Counted from the first letter of the stretch, positions 1 to 9,594 are shown. The stretch: DNA of 32,207 bases from Bacteroidales bacterium (GCA_026985625.1 JALSQC010000278.1:1-32207); one strand, 5' to 3'. The notes: generated by a model not told the origin, from the letters alone. Numbers and translations: made by a program.

Positions 1-279
1 ATAAGTATTTGTGTATGCCTGAAAATAAGCTAAATATTTTTGTGTTTTATATTTTGGTTCGAAAAAGGCTATTCCCTCATCTATTTGTTTTGTTATTGTT
101 TTTTGTGGCGAGCAGTAAAAAGGATTAAATGTTTTATTATTACAATATGTGCAACCTCCGTAAGCTTTTGTTCCATCGCGATTAGGGCATGTAAATCCTG
201 CATCGATAGATATCTTTTGAACTCTTTCTTTAAATATTGTTTTTATAAAATCGGAATAGTTGTTATATAATTTATGCAT
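1..279 (-). CDS. Radical SAM protein, TIGR01212 (YhcC/YtqA-like) family; N-terminal 93 codons only, the gene continues past the window start
   Basis: Hand translation of the minus strand from ATG at 279..277 gives MHKLYNNYSDFIKTIFKERVQKISIDAGFTCPNRDGTKAYGGCTYCNNKTFNPFYCSPQKTITKQIDEGIAFFEPKYKTQKYLAYFQAYTNTY with no stop through position 1. The GFTCPNRDGT...GGCTYC cysteine motif and YLAYFQAYTNTY closely resemble E. coli YhcC and B. subtilis YtqA. It is absent from the ORF track because it has no in-window stop. Confidence 0.8.
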   Translation of the reverse strand, partial: MHKLYNNYSDFIKTIFKERVQKISIDAGFTCPNRDGTKAYGGCTYCNNKTFNPFYCSPQKTITKQIDEGIAFFEPKYKTQKYLAYFQAYTNTY

Positions 280-291
280 CTTTTTAATAAA

Positions 292-318
292 AAAATCCGT
301 AGCAAAACTACGGATTTT
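292..318 (-). terminator. Rho-independent terminator downstream of the POT transporter gene
   Basis: Inverted repeat aaaatccgtag / ctacggatttt around a 5-nt loop (caaaa). On the minus-strand transcript the hairpin is followed by a U7 run. It lies 11 nt after the POT stop codon (329). Confidence 0.6.
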
Positions 319-328
319 AATTTTATAA

Positions 329-2008
329 TTATTTTTCGGTGGCTGTTTCTAATATTTTCATTATTGAGAAAATAAAAATTGCCGAAAGTATTAACATTAT
401 AACTAATAGTAAAAAGAATTGCCACATTTGCCAACCGTCCCAAAATGCTCCTATAAGACCTGCTAACAAATTACCTATAGCTGTAGATGCAAACCAACCT
501 CCTTGAGCCATTCCTGCTAATTTTGGCGGTGCTACTTTTGATACAAATGATATTCCTATGGGGCTATAAAATAATTCGGATATTGTTAGGCTAAAGTATG
601 TTCCTATAAGCCAAAATGGTGTTACTCTCATTGCGTCGGCAATCTCGGTATTTGCGTTTCCGAATTTTAAACTTGCCAATACCATAATTCCAAAACTAAA
701 ACTTGCAAGAATTAAACCTATTCCTATTTTTCGAGGTGATGACGGCTCTTTTCCTTTTTTATTAAGTTTTGTAAATATTGCTATAATTATTGGTGTTACA
801 AAGACTATAAATATTGGGTTAAAATGTTGAAATTTTATAGGATTAATAGGCATAGACGAGTTGTAACCTTTTATTACAAAATAAGCTGTTAAGGTTCCTG
901 CAATCATTAATATTGCTCCTATTAGTTTTTTTATAGATTTTGATTTTTTATCAACTAAAAATATTATTCCTATAATTACCGATATTATTGGTAATAATGA
1001 TTTTAAATCGAATAGTGTATATACTGCAGGTGTTACGCTTGTAACTGTAAAGTCTCTTGCAAAAAGTGTTAATGTAAATCCATTTTGATGAAATGACATC
1101 CAAAAAAATATGTTAACTAAAAATAATAATCCTAAAGCTATTAATCGTTTTTTTGTTTGTTCTTTTGGTAAATCGGGAACTATATTTTTTTCGTTTTTTT
1201 GTTCTGATTTTTTTACAACTTTTAAATCTACGTGTTTGTAATGTTTTCTGAAAGCCAAGAAAATAATCATTGATAAAAATATACTAACGGCTGCTATTGC
1301 AAATCCATAGTTATACGATTGGCTAACCGATGCAATATAGTCTGTTGCAAAAGAGTGCAAGTCTTTAAATGTATATGCTCCGTTTATAATATTTTCGTGT
1401 GCAAGTGCTGTTAGTTCTTTTATTTTATCGGCTCCTATTGCTGCTCCTTTTGATATAAATTCGTTTGCAAGTTCGGGTATTTTTCCGCTATAGCTAAATC
1501 CGTCGCCTTTCATCATATAATTGTTCATTGCTTCGGCAGCTGAGGGTGCAAAGAAGGCTCCTATATTAATGCCCATATAAAACAGGCTAAATGCAGCATC
1601 TCTTAGTTTACCCATATTTCCTTGGTCGTATAAGCGACCAACCATTGCTTGCAGATTGCCTTTAAAAAATCCTGTTCCTACTGATATTACTGCTAATGCT
1701 ATATATATTCCTGTTAATCCGAATGATGTGTTTGCAAGTAGTATATATCCTATTACCATTAGTATTATACCTAATGTTATTGTTTTTCCAAAGCCTAATA
1801 TTTTGTCGGCTAAAAAGCCTCCTATTAATGGTATAAAATATATTCCAAACAAAAATAATCCGTAAACGTGTCCGGCATCTTTTGCCGACATTCCGAATTT
1901 TGCTTGTAAAAACAGGGTGAAAATTGCTATCATTGTATAATAGCCAAACCGTTCGCCCATATTGGCAAATAAAAATACGTATAGTCCTTTTGGGTGTCCT
2001 TTAAACAT
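329..2008 (-). CDS. Proton-dependent oligopeptide transporter (POT/PTR2 family, MFS)
   Basis: 559-aa ORF with ATG start. The N-terminal POT signature GERFGYY (ExxERFxYY) is present, along with many hydrophobic helices and the typical FYMGINIGAF motif. Confidence 0.85.
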   Translation of the reverse strand: MFKGHPKGLYVFLFANMGERFGYYTMIAIFTLFLQAKFGMSAKDAGHVYGLFLFGIYFIPLIGGFLADKILGFGKTITLGIILMVIGYILLANTSFGLTGIYIALAVISVGTGFFKGNLQAMVGRLYDQGNMGKLRDAAFSLFYMGINIGAFFAPSAAEAMNNYMMKGDGFSYSGKIPELANEFISKGAAIGADKIKELTALAHENIINGAYTFKDLHSFATDYIASVSQSYNYGFAIAAVSIFLSMIIFLAFRKHYKHVDLKVVKKSEQKNEKNIVPDLPKEQTKKRLIALGLLFLVNIFFWMSFHQNGFTLTLFARDFTVTSVTPAVYTLFDLKSLLPIISVIIGIIFLVDKKSKSIKKLIGAILMIAGTLTAYFVIKGYNSSMPINPIKFQHFNPIFIVFVTPIIIAIFTKLNKKGKEPSSPRKIGIGLILASFSFGIMVLASLKFGNANTEIADAMRVTPFWLIGTYFSLTISELFYSPIGISFVSKVAPPKLAGMAQGGWFASTAIGNLLAGLIGAFWDGWQMWQFFLLLVIMLILSAIFIFSIMKILETATEK

Positions 2009-2046
2009 AAATTAAATTTTTAGTTAATAGTTTCTTTTAATGCTTA

Positions 2047-2076
2047 CAAAGATAAAATAATTTTTAATTATCCAAA
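2047..2076 (-). promoter_or_regulatory. Candidate Bacteroidetes-type promoter for the POT transporter
   Basis: The minus strand reads TTTG-N18-TATCTTTG, matching the Bacteroidetes -33 TTTG / -7 TAnnTTTG consensus with a spacer 1 nt shorter than the usual 19-21. The -7 box ends about 39 nt upstream of the ATG at 2008. AT-rich context makes a chance match possible. Confidence 0.35.
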
Positions 2077-2118
2077 TTTTATAAAAATATTATGCTTATA
2101 AATATCTGCTGCTATTTC

Positions 2119-2850
2119 TTATATTTTATTTTTAATATCGCAGAATTCTGATAAAAGATTTACATTATTTTCGAATGCTGTTCCTATAACGGCAATATCG
2201 GCTCCGCTTTTATAAACTGATTGTAATTTTTTTGCGGTATTTATGCCTCCTCCTATTATTAACGGTATATTAATATTTGATTTAACTGCCGAAATAATTT
2301 CTTTTGATATTATGTGTTTTGCTCCACTGCCTGAGTCCATATAAATTATTTTATGCCCTAACAACTCGCCTGCAATTGCTGTTGATACTGCTATGTCGGT
2401 TTTATTTGCTGGTATTGGTTTTGTATTGCTAATATACTCGACTGATGTTGTTACTCCATTCTCGACTAGTATATAGCCTGTGGGAATTGTTTCTATGTTT
2501 GATTGTTTTATTTTTTTTGCAGCTAAAACGTGGTTTCCTATTAAGAATTCGGCATTTCGTCCTGATATTAATGATAAAAACAAAATGGCATCGGCAAATT
2601 TACTTATTTGATTTAAACTACCGGGGAAGAGTACTAATGGTTTTTTTGTGTTTTGTTTTATTGTATTTATTGTTTCGTTGATATTATTGTTTACTAAGCT
2701 ACCTCCGACAAATATTAAATCTACCGTAGTTTTATTTATTTGTTTTACAAAGTTTATTAGTTTGTTTAATGTTTGTTTATCGGGGTCTATTAAAACTGCT
2801 AATTGTTTTTTGTTATTGGTTATTTTTTTTAAAATGTCTGATAAAATCAT
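2119..2850 (-). CDS. Geranylgeranylglyceryl/heptaprenylglyceryl phosphate synthase family protein (PcrB/GGGPS-like)
   Basis: TIM-barrel PcrB/GGGPS-like sequence: FVGGS, GYILVENG, YMDSGSGA, LIIGGGINT, IAVIGTAFE. The ORF track starts it at a TTG (2871). I prefer the ATG at 2850..2848, which forms an ATGA overlap with the upstream PPTase stop codon (TGA, 2849..2847). Confidence 0.75.
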   Translation of the reverse strand: MILSDILKKITNNKKQLAVLIDPDKQTLNKLINFVKQINKTTVDLIFVGGSLVNNNINETINTIKQNTKKPLVLFPGSLNQISKFADAILFLSLISGRNAEFLIGNHVLAAKKIKQSNIETIPTGYILVENGVTTSVEYISNTKPIPANKTDIAVSTAIAGELLGHKIIYMDSGSGAKHIISKEIISAVKSNINIPLIIGGGINTAKKLQSVYKSGADIAVIGTAFENNVNLLSEFCDIKNKI

Positions 2851-3476
2851 ATAATTTGTTTTTGTGACCAAGTAATAACAAAATTAGTAATTTTTTTATA
2901 AAAAACTTTTTGTTCTTGTGTTAAATCGTTTAAAAGTATTTTTACAGTTATATATTTTTTTGATATGTTTTGTATTTTTATATTATCGATAAAAGCTAAA
3001 TGTTTATTGCTAAATAGTTTAAATATTGTTTCTTTTACCGACCATAACAATGTGTAATACTCTTGTTTATCCGTAAAATTATTTAATAGTTCAGTTTCGG
3101 TTTTGCTTAAAAATTTTTGGTTTACTCGTAGCGGTTTTTCGCTGATTTTTTCTATATCTACTCCGTTATTATTATTGCTTGTAAATACTGCTACATAATT
3201 GTGCGAGTGTGATATGCTTATTTTTATATTATTATCTATGTATGGTTTTCCTGTTTTTTGGTATGTAAGTGGCTTTGTTATTTTTAATATATTTTGTAAA
3301 ATAAATCTAACGCAATACAGTTCTTTTTTTCGTTTTATTGTTTTTGCTTTGTTAATACGATTTTTGTCGTTGTTTGTTAGTTTTGTTTTTTCGTAAAAAA
3401 AGTTTAAGTCCTCGTTTGTTTTCCAAACAACAAGTTTTGAATTATTATCAAAAGTTTTATTTAATATTTCGGGCAT
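2847..3476 (-). CDS. 4'-phosphopantetheinyl transferase superfamily protein (Sfp-type)
   Basis: 209 aa with ATG start. PPTase motifs are present: ISISHS, GVDIEKI (GxDxE) and WSVKETIFK (WxxKE(A/S)xxK). Confidence 0.8.
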   Translation of the reverse strand: MPEILNKTFDNNSKLVVWKTNEDLNFFYEKTKLTNNDKNRINKAKTIKRKKELYCVRFILQNILKITKPLTYQKTGKPYIDNNIKISISHSHNYVAVFTSNNNNGVDIEKISEKPLRVNQKFLSKTETELLNNFTDKQEYYTLLWSVKETIFKLFSNKHLAFIDNIKIQNISKKYITVKILLNDLTQEQKVFYKKITNFVITWSQKQII

Positions 3477-4040
3477 TTAGTTTTTCCACTTAAATGTTTT
3501 CATAAATTGTTTTATATCGGTTTGTATAAAATTAATAACCGGTTCGAGCGAGTCTTTATTTGGATGACAGTTAAAATATAATGCTCCGCGTATAAAATTT
3601 TTGGTACTATCGGTTAAAAAAAAGTTTATCGACGATGCTGTATTTCCTTTTATTCTGTATAATGTTCCGTATGTTTTGTTTGTATCGTTAATAAATAAGT
3701 TTTCGTTTATTGCATCGGCTTTAATAAGGTGTTTATTTACAAAGTTTTGACTCTCGTCTAATAGTTTATCGAGTGAATTATTTATTTTTTTATATGTTAA
3801 ATAAATTTTGGCTTTATTTTTTTTGTAGTTTATATTTAACCACATTGAGTCTTTGTTTATTATTTCGATGTTTGTGTAAACAGGATAATCAAATGTATAT
3901 GGGAATATTGTATCATTAAAGTTTTTATACTCGTGCTTTGGTAAATTTATTCGATAATATCCATATGGTTTTGGGGTATATGTTTTTTTGCAAGATAGCA
4001 ATGTAAATAAAAATATTATAATAATTATATGTATGCGCAT
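3477..4040 (-). CDS. gldD: Gliding motility lipoprotein GldD
   Basis: 187 aa. It has a signal peptide with the lipobox LLSC|KK. The C-terminal half (YGTLYRIKGNTASSINFFLTDSTKNFIRGALYF...FKWK) resembles Flavobacterium johnsoniae GldD as I recall it. It sits directly downstream of gldE, as in F. johnsoniae. Confidence 0.8.
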   Translation of the reverse strand: MRIHIIIIIFLFTLLSCKKTYTPKPYGYYRINLPKHEYKNFNDTIFPYTFDYPVYTNIEIINKDSMWLNINYKKNKAKIYLTYKKINNSLDKLLDESQNFVNKHLIKADAINENLFINDTNKTYGTLYRIKGNTASSINFFLTDSTKNFIRGALYFNCHPNKDSLEPVINFIQTDIKQFMKTFKWKN

Positions 4041-4043
4041 TTA

Positions 4044-5357
4044 TTAATCTTGTTTTTTTGTAATTTCTATTTTTACTTTTTTTATTCTACGGTTATCTAC
4101 TTCTATAATTCTAAATTTTATATTTTTAAATTTAAATATATCTCCTTTTTTTGGTAGTTCTGATTTTAATTCTAAAATTAATCCTGCAAGGGTTTCTGCT
4201 TCGCCTCGTATTTCGTCAAAAAAATTGCTATCGAGTTTTAATATTTTGTATAAATCGTTTAATAATATTTTGGCTTCGAACATATATTCGTTTTTACTTA
4301 TTTTGGTAAACAAGTCTTTTTCGTAGTCAAATTCGTCGGTAATATCTCCTATAATTTCTTCTAAAATATCTTCTAATGTAACTATACCTGATGTTCCTCC
4401 GTATTCGTCGATTACAATTGCAAGATGTATTTTTAATTTTTTAAATTCTTCTAATAATCCTCCTATTTTTTTTGATTCGGGCACAAAATATGCTCCTCGA
4501 ATTAATGTTTGCCATTTAAAATTATTTGGTTTATGCAAATGTGGCAATAAATCTTTTATATATAATATTCCTTTTATTTCATCTAAATTTTCTGAGAATA
4601 CAGGTATCCTAGAGAATCCCGATTCTATAATATTTTTTTTAACACTATCAAATGTAGATTTTATATCGATTGCCAATACGTCTAACCTCGATTTCATTAT
4701 TTCTTTTACTTGCAAATTTCCAAACTCTACAATTCCTTTTAATATTTGTTTTTGTTCGTTAACTTCTTCTGATGTTAAATCTATTGCCACGGATAAATCT
4801 TCTTTTGTAATCTTTAGTCTTTTTTTTGCTAATTTTTTATCTACAATTTTAGTTGATTTTACAAGTATTTTTGATAATGGGTAGAATATTATCTCTAAAA
4901 CCGATATTGGTTTTGACATAAATTTTGCAAATTTTAACGATAAATGTTTTGCGTACATTTTTGGTATTATCTCGCCAAAAAGTAATAATACAAATGATAC
5001 TACAACTATTTGAATAAAGAACCCAAGTTTTATAGATTCTCTAAAATCAAAAATATTATTAATAATGTATGTTGATAGTATTACAATACCTACATTTACA
5101 AAGTTATTTGATATTAATATTGTTGCAAGTAAGTTTTCGGGTTTGTTTAATAAACTTATAATGCGTTTATCGGTTTTATGTTTGCTTGATTTTAATTTTT
5201 CTTTTTCGTTTGGGGTTAACGAGAAATATGAAATTTCGGAACCTGATAGCAATGCGGAGAATAATAGTAATATAATTAAAGTAATCAACCCGATAATGTC
5301 ATAAAAACTTATCGGGTTAATTACTATTTCGACTAAAGGAAATGGATCCGGTTCCAA
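4044..5357 (-). CDS. gldE: Gliding motility-associated protein GldE (CNNM/DUF21 + CBS pair + CorC/HlyC C-terminal domain)
   Basis: 437 aa with an N-terminal membrane DUF21 region, a CBS pair and a CorC_HlyC-type C-terminus. The start is TTG at 5357..5355, the first possible start after an in-frame stop. No ATG occurs until deep in the membrane domain, and the N-terminus (M)EPDP matches the MDPDP-like start typical of GldE. Confidence 0.8.
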   Translation of the reverse strand: MEPDPFPLVEIVINPISFYDIIGLITLIILLLFSALLSGSEISYFSLTPNEKEKLKSSKHKTDKRIISLLNKPENLLATILISNNFVNVGIVILSTYIINNIFDFRESIKLGFFIQIVVVSFVLLLFGEIIPKMYAKHLSLKFAKFMSKPISVLEIIFYPLSKILVKSTKIVDKKLAKKRLKITKEDLSVAIDLTSEEVNEQKQILKGIVEFGNLQVKEIMKSRLDVLAIDIKSTFDSVKKNIIESGFSRIPVFSENLDEIKGILYIKDLLPHLHKPNNFKWQTLIRGAYFVPESKKIGGLLEEFKKLKIHLAIVIDEYGGTSGIVTLEDILEEIIGDITDEFDYEKDLFTKISKNEYMFEAKILLNDLYKILKLDSNFFDEIRGEAETLAGLILELKSELPKKGDIFKFKNIKFRIIEVDNRRIKKVKIEITKKQD

Positions 5358-5368
5358 TTTTTAGTTAT

Positions 5369-5806
5369 TTAAAATGGTAAATCGTCTTCTACCGACATAT
5401 CGTTATTTTCGGTTGCTTGTTCTGTTTTTTGTTCTTCGACAACTTCGGTATTGTTGTTAGAATTATCTGACGATTGGTTTCGTTTATCTAACATTTGCAT
5501 GTTACTAACTATTACTTCGGTAATGTATCTTTTATTACCTTCTTTATCGTCCCAAGAACGAGAAACTAGTTTTCCTTCTATAAAAAGCTGATTTCCTTTT
5601 TTTACGTATTTTTCAGCTATTTCGGCTAAACCTCGCCATGCAACGATATTATGCCATTCTGTATTTGATACTCTTTCGCCGTTTTTGTTTTTATAATTAT
5701 CGCTTGTTGCTAATGGAAACTTTGCTACGGCTACTCCATTTTCTAAGTATCTAACTTCTGGGTCTCTTCCTACGTTTCCTACTAAAATTACTTTGTTTAC
5801 TGACAT
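5369..5806 (-). CDS. ssb: Single-stranded DNA-binding protein
   Basis: 145 aa. The OB fold starts MSVNKVILVGNVGRDPEVRY, includes TEWHNIVAWR, then an acidic low-complexity linker and the canonical C-terminal DDLPF tip. Confidence 0.95.
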   Translation of the reverse strand: MSVNKVILVGNVGRDPEVRYLENGVAVAKFPLATSDNYKNKNGERVSNTEWHNIVAWRGLAEIAEKYVKKGNQLFIEGKLVSRSWDDKEGNKRYITEVIVSNMQMLDKRNQSSDNSNNNTEVVEEQKTEQATENNDMSVEDDLPF

Positions 5807-6020
5807 TTAATTTATTTTTTTATAAGTTAATAATTTTTTATAAAAGTAAAATTACAATTAATTATTTATTCGACAAACAAAATATAAAGATATTTATTAT
5901 TAATTTTTCTAAAAAATCATTAACAACAATAATAACAATCACGATATAGTAATATTAATATATTTTATTTTATTATATTATTTTTTGTATAACAATATTT
6001 TATTTCTTATGGTATTATAT

Positions 6021-6054
6021 AAAAAAAAGTCGTAGTTAACTACGACTTTTTTTT
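6021..6054 (-). terminator. Rho-independent terminator downstream of gltA, symmetrical (bidirectional in form)
   Basis: Perfect 34-nt palindrome A8-gtcgtag-ttaa-ctacgac-T8, located 17 nt after the gltA stop (6071). Confidence 0.7.
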
Positions 6055-6070
6055 ATATTAGAGTTTAATA

Positions 6071-7375
6071 TTATGCTTTTGATGCTGCATCTTCTAACAT
6101 TGCTGTTGTTAATGATTTTGGTCTTTCTATTGGATATCCTAAGGCTCTATCCCAAGTAATATTTGCTAAAACTCCAATTGCTCTACCTACACCAAATAAT
6201 ACTGTGTAAAAATCATATTCGCGTAATCCGTAGAACCATTGTATAACTCCTGATTGAGCATCAACATTTGGCCATGGATTTTTTGCTTTTCCGTGTTCTC
6301 TTAAAATATCAGGAACAACTTTGTAAAGCATATCTACATATTTAAATATTTCGTCGTTAGGAAGATGTTTTAAACAGAAGTCTCGTTGTGATTGATAACG
6401 TGGGTCTGTTTTACGTAAAACTGCATGTCCGTATCCAGGAATTACTTGTCCACTGTTTAGTGTATCCCAAACAAATTTTTTCATCATTTCTTCGGTTGGT
6501 TCTTTACCGTCTAATTTATCCATAACATCTTGTAACCAACGCAAAACTTCTTGGTTTGCTAATCCGTGTAATGGACCTGCCAAACCGTTTAATCCTGCTG
6601 ATAATGAATAATATGCGTCTGATAATGCTGATGCTACTAAGTGTGTAGTATGTGCAGATACGTTTCCTGATTCGTGGTCTGAGTGTATTATAAAATACAT
6701 ACGTGCAACATCGTCGTAAGGTTCTGCAATTCCCATCATATTAGCAAAATCGCCTCCCATATCAAGATTTTTATCTGATGGGATATGGATATCTCCTTTG
6801 TATTTCATTCTATAAATATATGCTGCAATGCTTGGTAATTTTGCAATTAAGTCGGTTGCGTCTTCATACATTGGTTCCCAAGCTGTCATTTTGTTAAAGC
6901 CGTCGGCATAAAATTTTGCAAATTTGCTTTCGCGTTGCATTGCAAGAACTGCAGCTGAGAACATTGTCATTGGATGTGAGTCGCGAGGCATTGCTCTTAA
7001 TAGGTCGATTACATATTGAGGAACTGCTCTACGTTCTTTAAATTCTTCAACTAATTCTTTGGCTTCTGCTTTTGTAGGAATGTCGCCTGTTAATAATAGA
7101 TACCAAAAACCTTCAACATAAGGATAATCTTTTCCGTCGGGTTTTGGAAGGGCTTTCATTACTTCTGGAATTGTCATTCCTCTAAAGCGGATACCTTCCA
7201 TTGGGTCTAAATAAGAAATGTCGGTTACTAACATTCTTACTCCTCGAGCACCACCAATTGCTTGTCCAATAGTTACATCACCAATTTTAACATCGGCGTG
7301 TTCTTTTAACAGTTTGGTTGTTCTTACTCGATGCTCTTCAATTTTTTTTGCTAATTTTTGTTTTAAAGCACTCAT
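6071..7375 (-). CDS. gltA: Citrate synthase
   Basis: 434 aa with ATG start. Conserved citrate synthase blocks are present: GLAGPLHGLANQEV, SDHE and IPGYGHAVLRKTDPR (catalytic His and Asp regions). Confidence 0.93.
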   Translation of the reverse strand: MSALKQKLAKKIEEHRVRTTKLLKEHADVKIGDVTIGQAIGGARGVRMLVTDISYLDPMEGIRFRGMTIPEVMKALPKPDGKDYPYVEGFWYLLLTGDIPTKAEAKELVEEFKERRAVPQYVIDLLRAMPRDSHPMTMFSAAVLAMQRESKFAKFYADGFNKMTAWEPMYEDATDLIAKLPSIAAYIYRMKYKGDIHIPSDKNLDMGGDFANMMGIAEPYDDVARMYFIIHSDHESGNVSAHTTHLVASALSDAYYSLSAGLNGLAGPLHGLANQEVLRWLQDVMDKLDGKEPTEEMMKKFVWDTLNSGQVIPGYGHAVLRKTDPRYQSQRDFCLKHLPNDEIFKYVDMLYKVVPDILREHGKAKNPWPNVDAQSGVIQWFYGLREYDFYTVLFGVGRAIGVLANITWDRALGYPIERPKSLTTAMLEDAASKA

Positions 7376-7490
7376 TTTTTTATAATTTTATGTATTAATA
7401 AATATGTTATAACTAATTAAAGTTTTAATTATCTAAAATTAATAAATTTATCTATATATTTAGATTTTTTTAATATGTTATACAATACAA

Positions 7491-7520
7491 AAAAAAGCAC
7501 CTTGTTAAAGATGCTTTTTT
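7491..7520 (-). terminator. Probable rho-independent terminator downstream of eno
   Basis: Hairpin agcacctt-gtta-aagatgct (8 bp with one mismatch), flanked by A6 and T6 runs, 21 nt after the eno stop (7541). The stem is weaker than in the other terminators. Confidence 0.45.
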
Positions 7521-7540
7521 AAAATTTGTTACAAAATGTT

Positions 7541-8839
<1,299 letters not shown>

Positions 8840-8860
8840 TTATTTTTTAGATAAAATTAT

Positions 8861-8895
8861 AAAAAAAATGGATAAAGTGTACACTTTATCCATTT
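8861..8895 (-). terminator. Rho-independent terminator at the end of the ribosomal supercluster (after rplQ)
   Basis: Perfect inverted repeat atggataaagtgt/acactttatccat (8868..8893). On the minus transcript it is followed by a U run of about 7-8 (complement of A8 at 8861..8868). It lies 25 nt after the rplQ stop. Confidence 0.7.
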
Positions 8896-8919
8896 AATTA
8901 TTGTTAAATATTTTTATTA

Positions 8920-9594
8920 TTATTTGTCGTCTTTTTGTTCGGTTTTTGGTTTTTCTTCTTTAATTTCTTCTTTAGTTTCTGCTTTAATATCGTCTTTTTT
9001 ATCGGTTGTCGGTTCTTTTTTTTGTTTTTCTTCGACTTTTTGTTCTTCTACAAGTATTTTTTCTTCGGTTTTTGGTTCTCCCTCGGTTTTTGGTTTTTCT
9101 TCTTTAACATCGGTTTGTTCTACTTCTTCTTTCTTTGTATTTTGGGTTTTTGTAGTTGTTGTTTTTTTGCTTCCGCTACCACCTCTACGACGACTACGTT
9201 TTTTTGTTTTTGGTTTAGTTTCTGTTAATAGATTTTCGTTATAATCTACTAATTCTATAAAACACATTTCGGCGTTATCTCCTAATCGTGAACCTAATTT
9301 AATAATACGGGTATACCCTCCGGGACGTTCTCCTATTTTTACCGATATTTCGCGAAATAGTTCTGTAACAGCATATTTATCTTTTAAATAACTAAAAACT
9401 ATTCGTCGCGAGTGTGTTGTATCGTTTTTTGATTTTGTTATAAGCGGTTCAACATACTGACGTAAAGCTTTTGCTTTAGCAACAGTTGTTTTTATGCGTT
9501 TGTGCAATATTAAAGATGTTGCCATATTTGCTAACATTGCTTTACGATGTGCACTTTTTCTTCCTAAATGGTTAAATTTTTTTCTGTGTCTCAT
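8920..9594 (-). CDS. rplQ: 50S ribosomal protein L17 with a long C-terminal low-complexity extension
   Basis: The N-terminal 117 aa ([20 protein letters not shown]...[10 protein letters not shown]...CFIELVD) align along their length with E. coli L17. A further 107 aa rich in Lys, Glu and Thr follow. Confidence 0.93.
   Translation of the reverse strand: MRHRKKFNHLGRKSAHRKAMLANMATSLILHKRIKTTVAKAKALRQYVEPLITKSKNDTTHSRRIVFSYLKDKYAVTELFREISVKIGERPGGYTRIIKLGSRLGDNAEMCFIELVDYNENLLTETKPKTKKRSRRRGGSGSKKTTTTKTQNTKKEEVEQTDVKEEKPKTEGEPKTEEKILVEEQKVEEKQKKEPTTDKKDDIKAETKEEIKEEKPKTEQKDDK

Noticed and set aside
40-270. 76-aa plus-strand ORF (Cys/Phe-rich) from the ORF track.
   Set aside because: It is the antisense shadow of the minus-strand radical SAM gene (1..279), which has a clear family match. 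The plus-strand product is low-complexity with no recognisable motif.
303-310. An exact TAnnTTTG -7 box on the minus strand (TAGTTTTG), inside the terminator hairpin just upstream of the radical SAM start.
   Set aside because: No -33 TTTG lies at suitable spacing, and the match sits in the hairpin loop and arm. In DNA of about 30% GC such 8-mers arise by chance. It is noted but not called.
243-443. 66-aa minus-strand ORF spanning the POT 3' end and the terminator hairpin.
   Set aside because: It is out of frame with both real genes, runs through the terminator hairpin, and overlaps the POT coding end and the radical SAM start. The sequence is compositional noise.
2851-2871. The longer TTG-initiated version of the PcrB-family ORF (start 2871), overlapping the PPTase gene by 25 nt.
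   Set aside because: The ATG at 2850 forms a classic ATGA stop/start overlap with the PPTase gene. The seven extra residues (MVTKTNY) have no family support.
5807-6020. A 214-nt AT-rich non-coding stretch upstream of ssb, checked for a tRNA, small RNA, riboswitch or repeat array.
   Set aside because: There are no GC-rich helices, no cloverleaf-compatible segments, no repeats and no exact promoter boxes. It most likely holds just the ssb promoter and leader in AT-rich DNA.
8924-9244. Two overlapping plus-strand ORFs (106 aa Ser/Phe-rich and 97 aa Phe-rich) opposite the L17 tail.
   Set aside because: They are antisense artefacts. The complement of a Lys/Glu-rich (AAR/GAR) coding repeat yields stop-free TTY/YTC frames. 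The minus-strand frame is contiguous with a bona fide L17 core.
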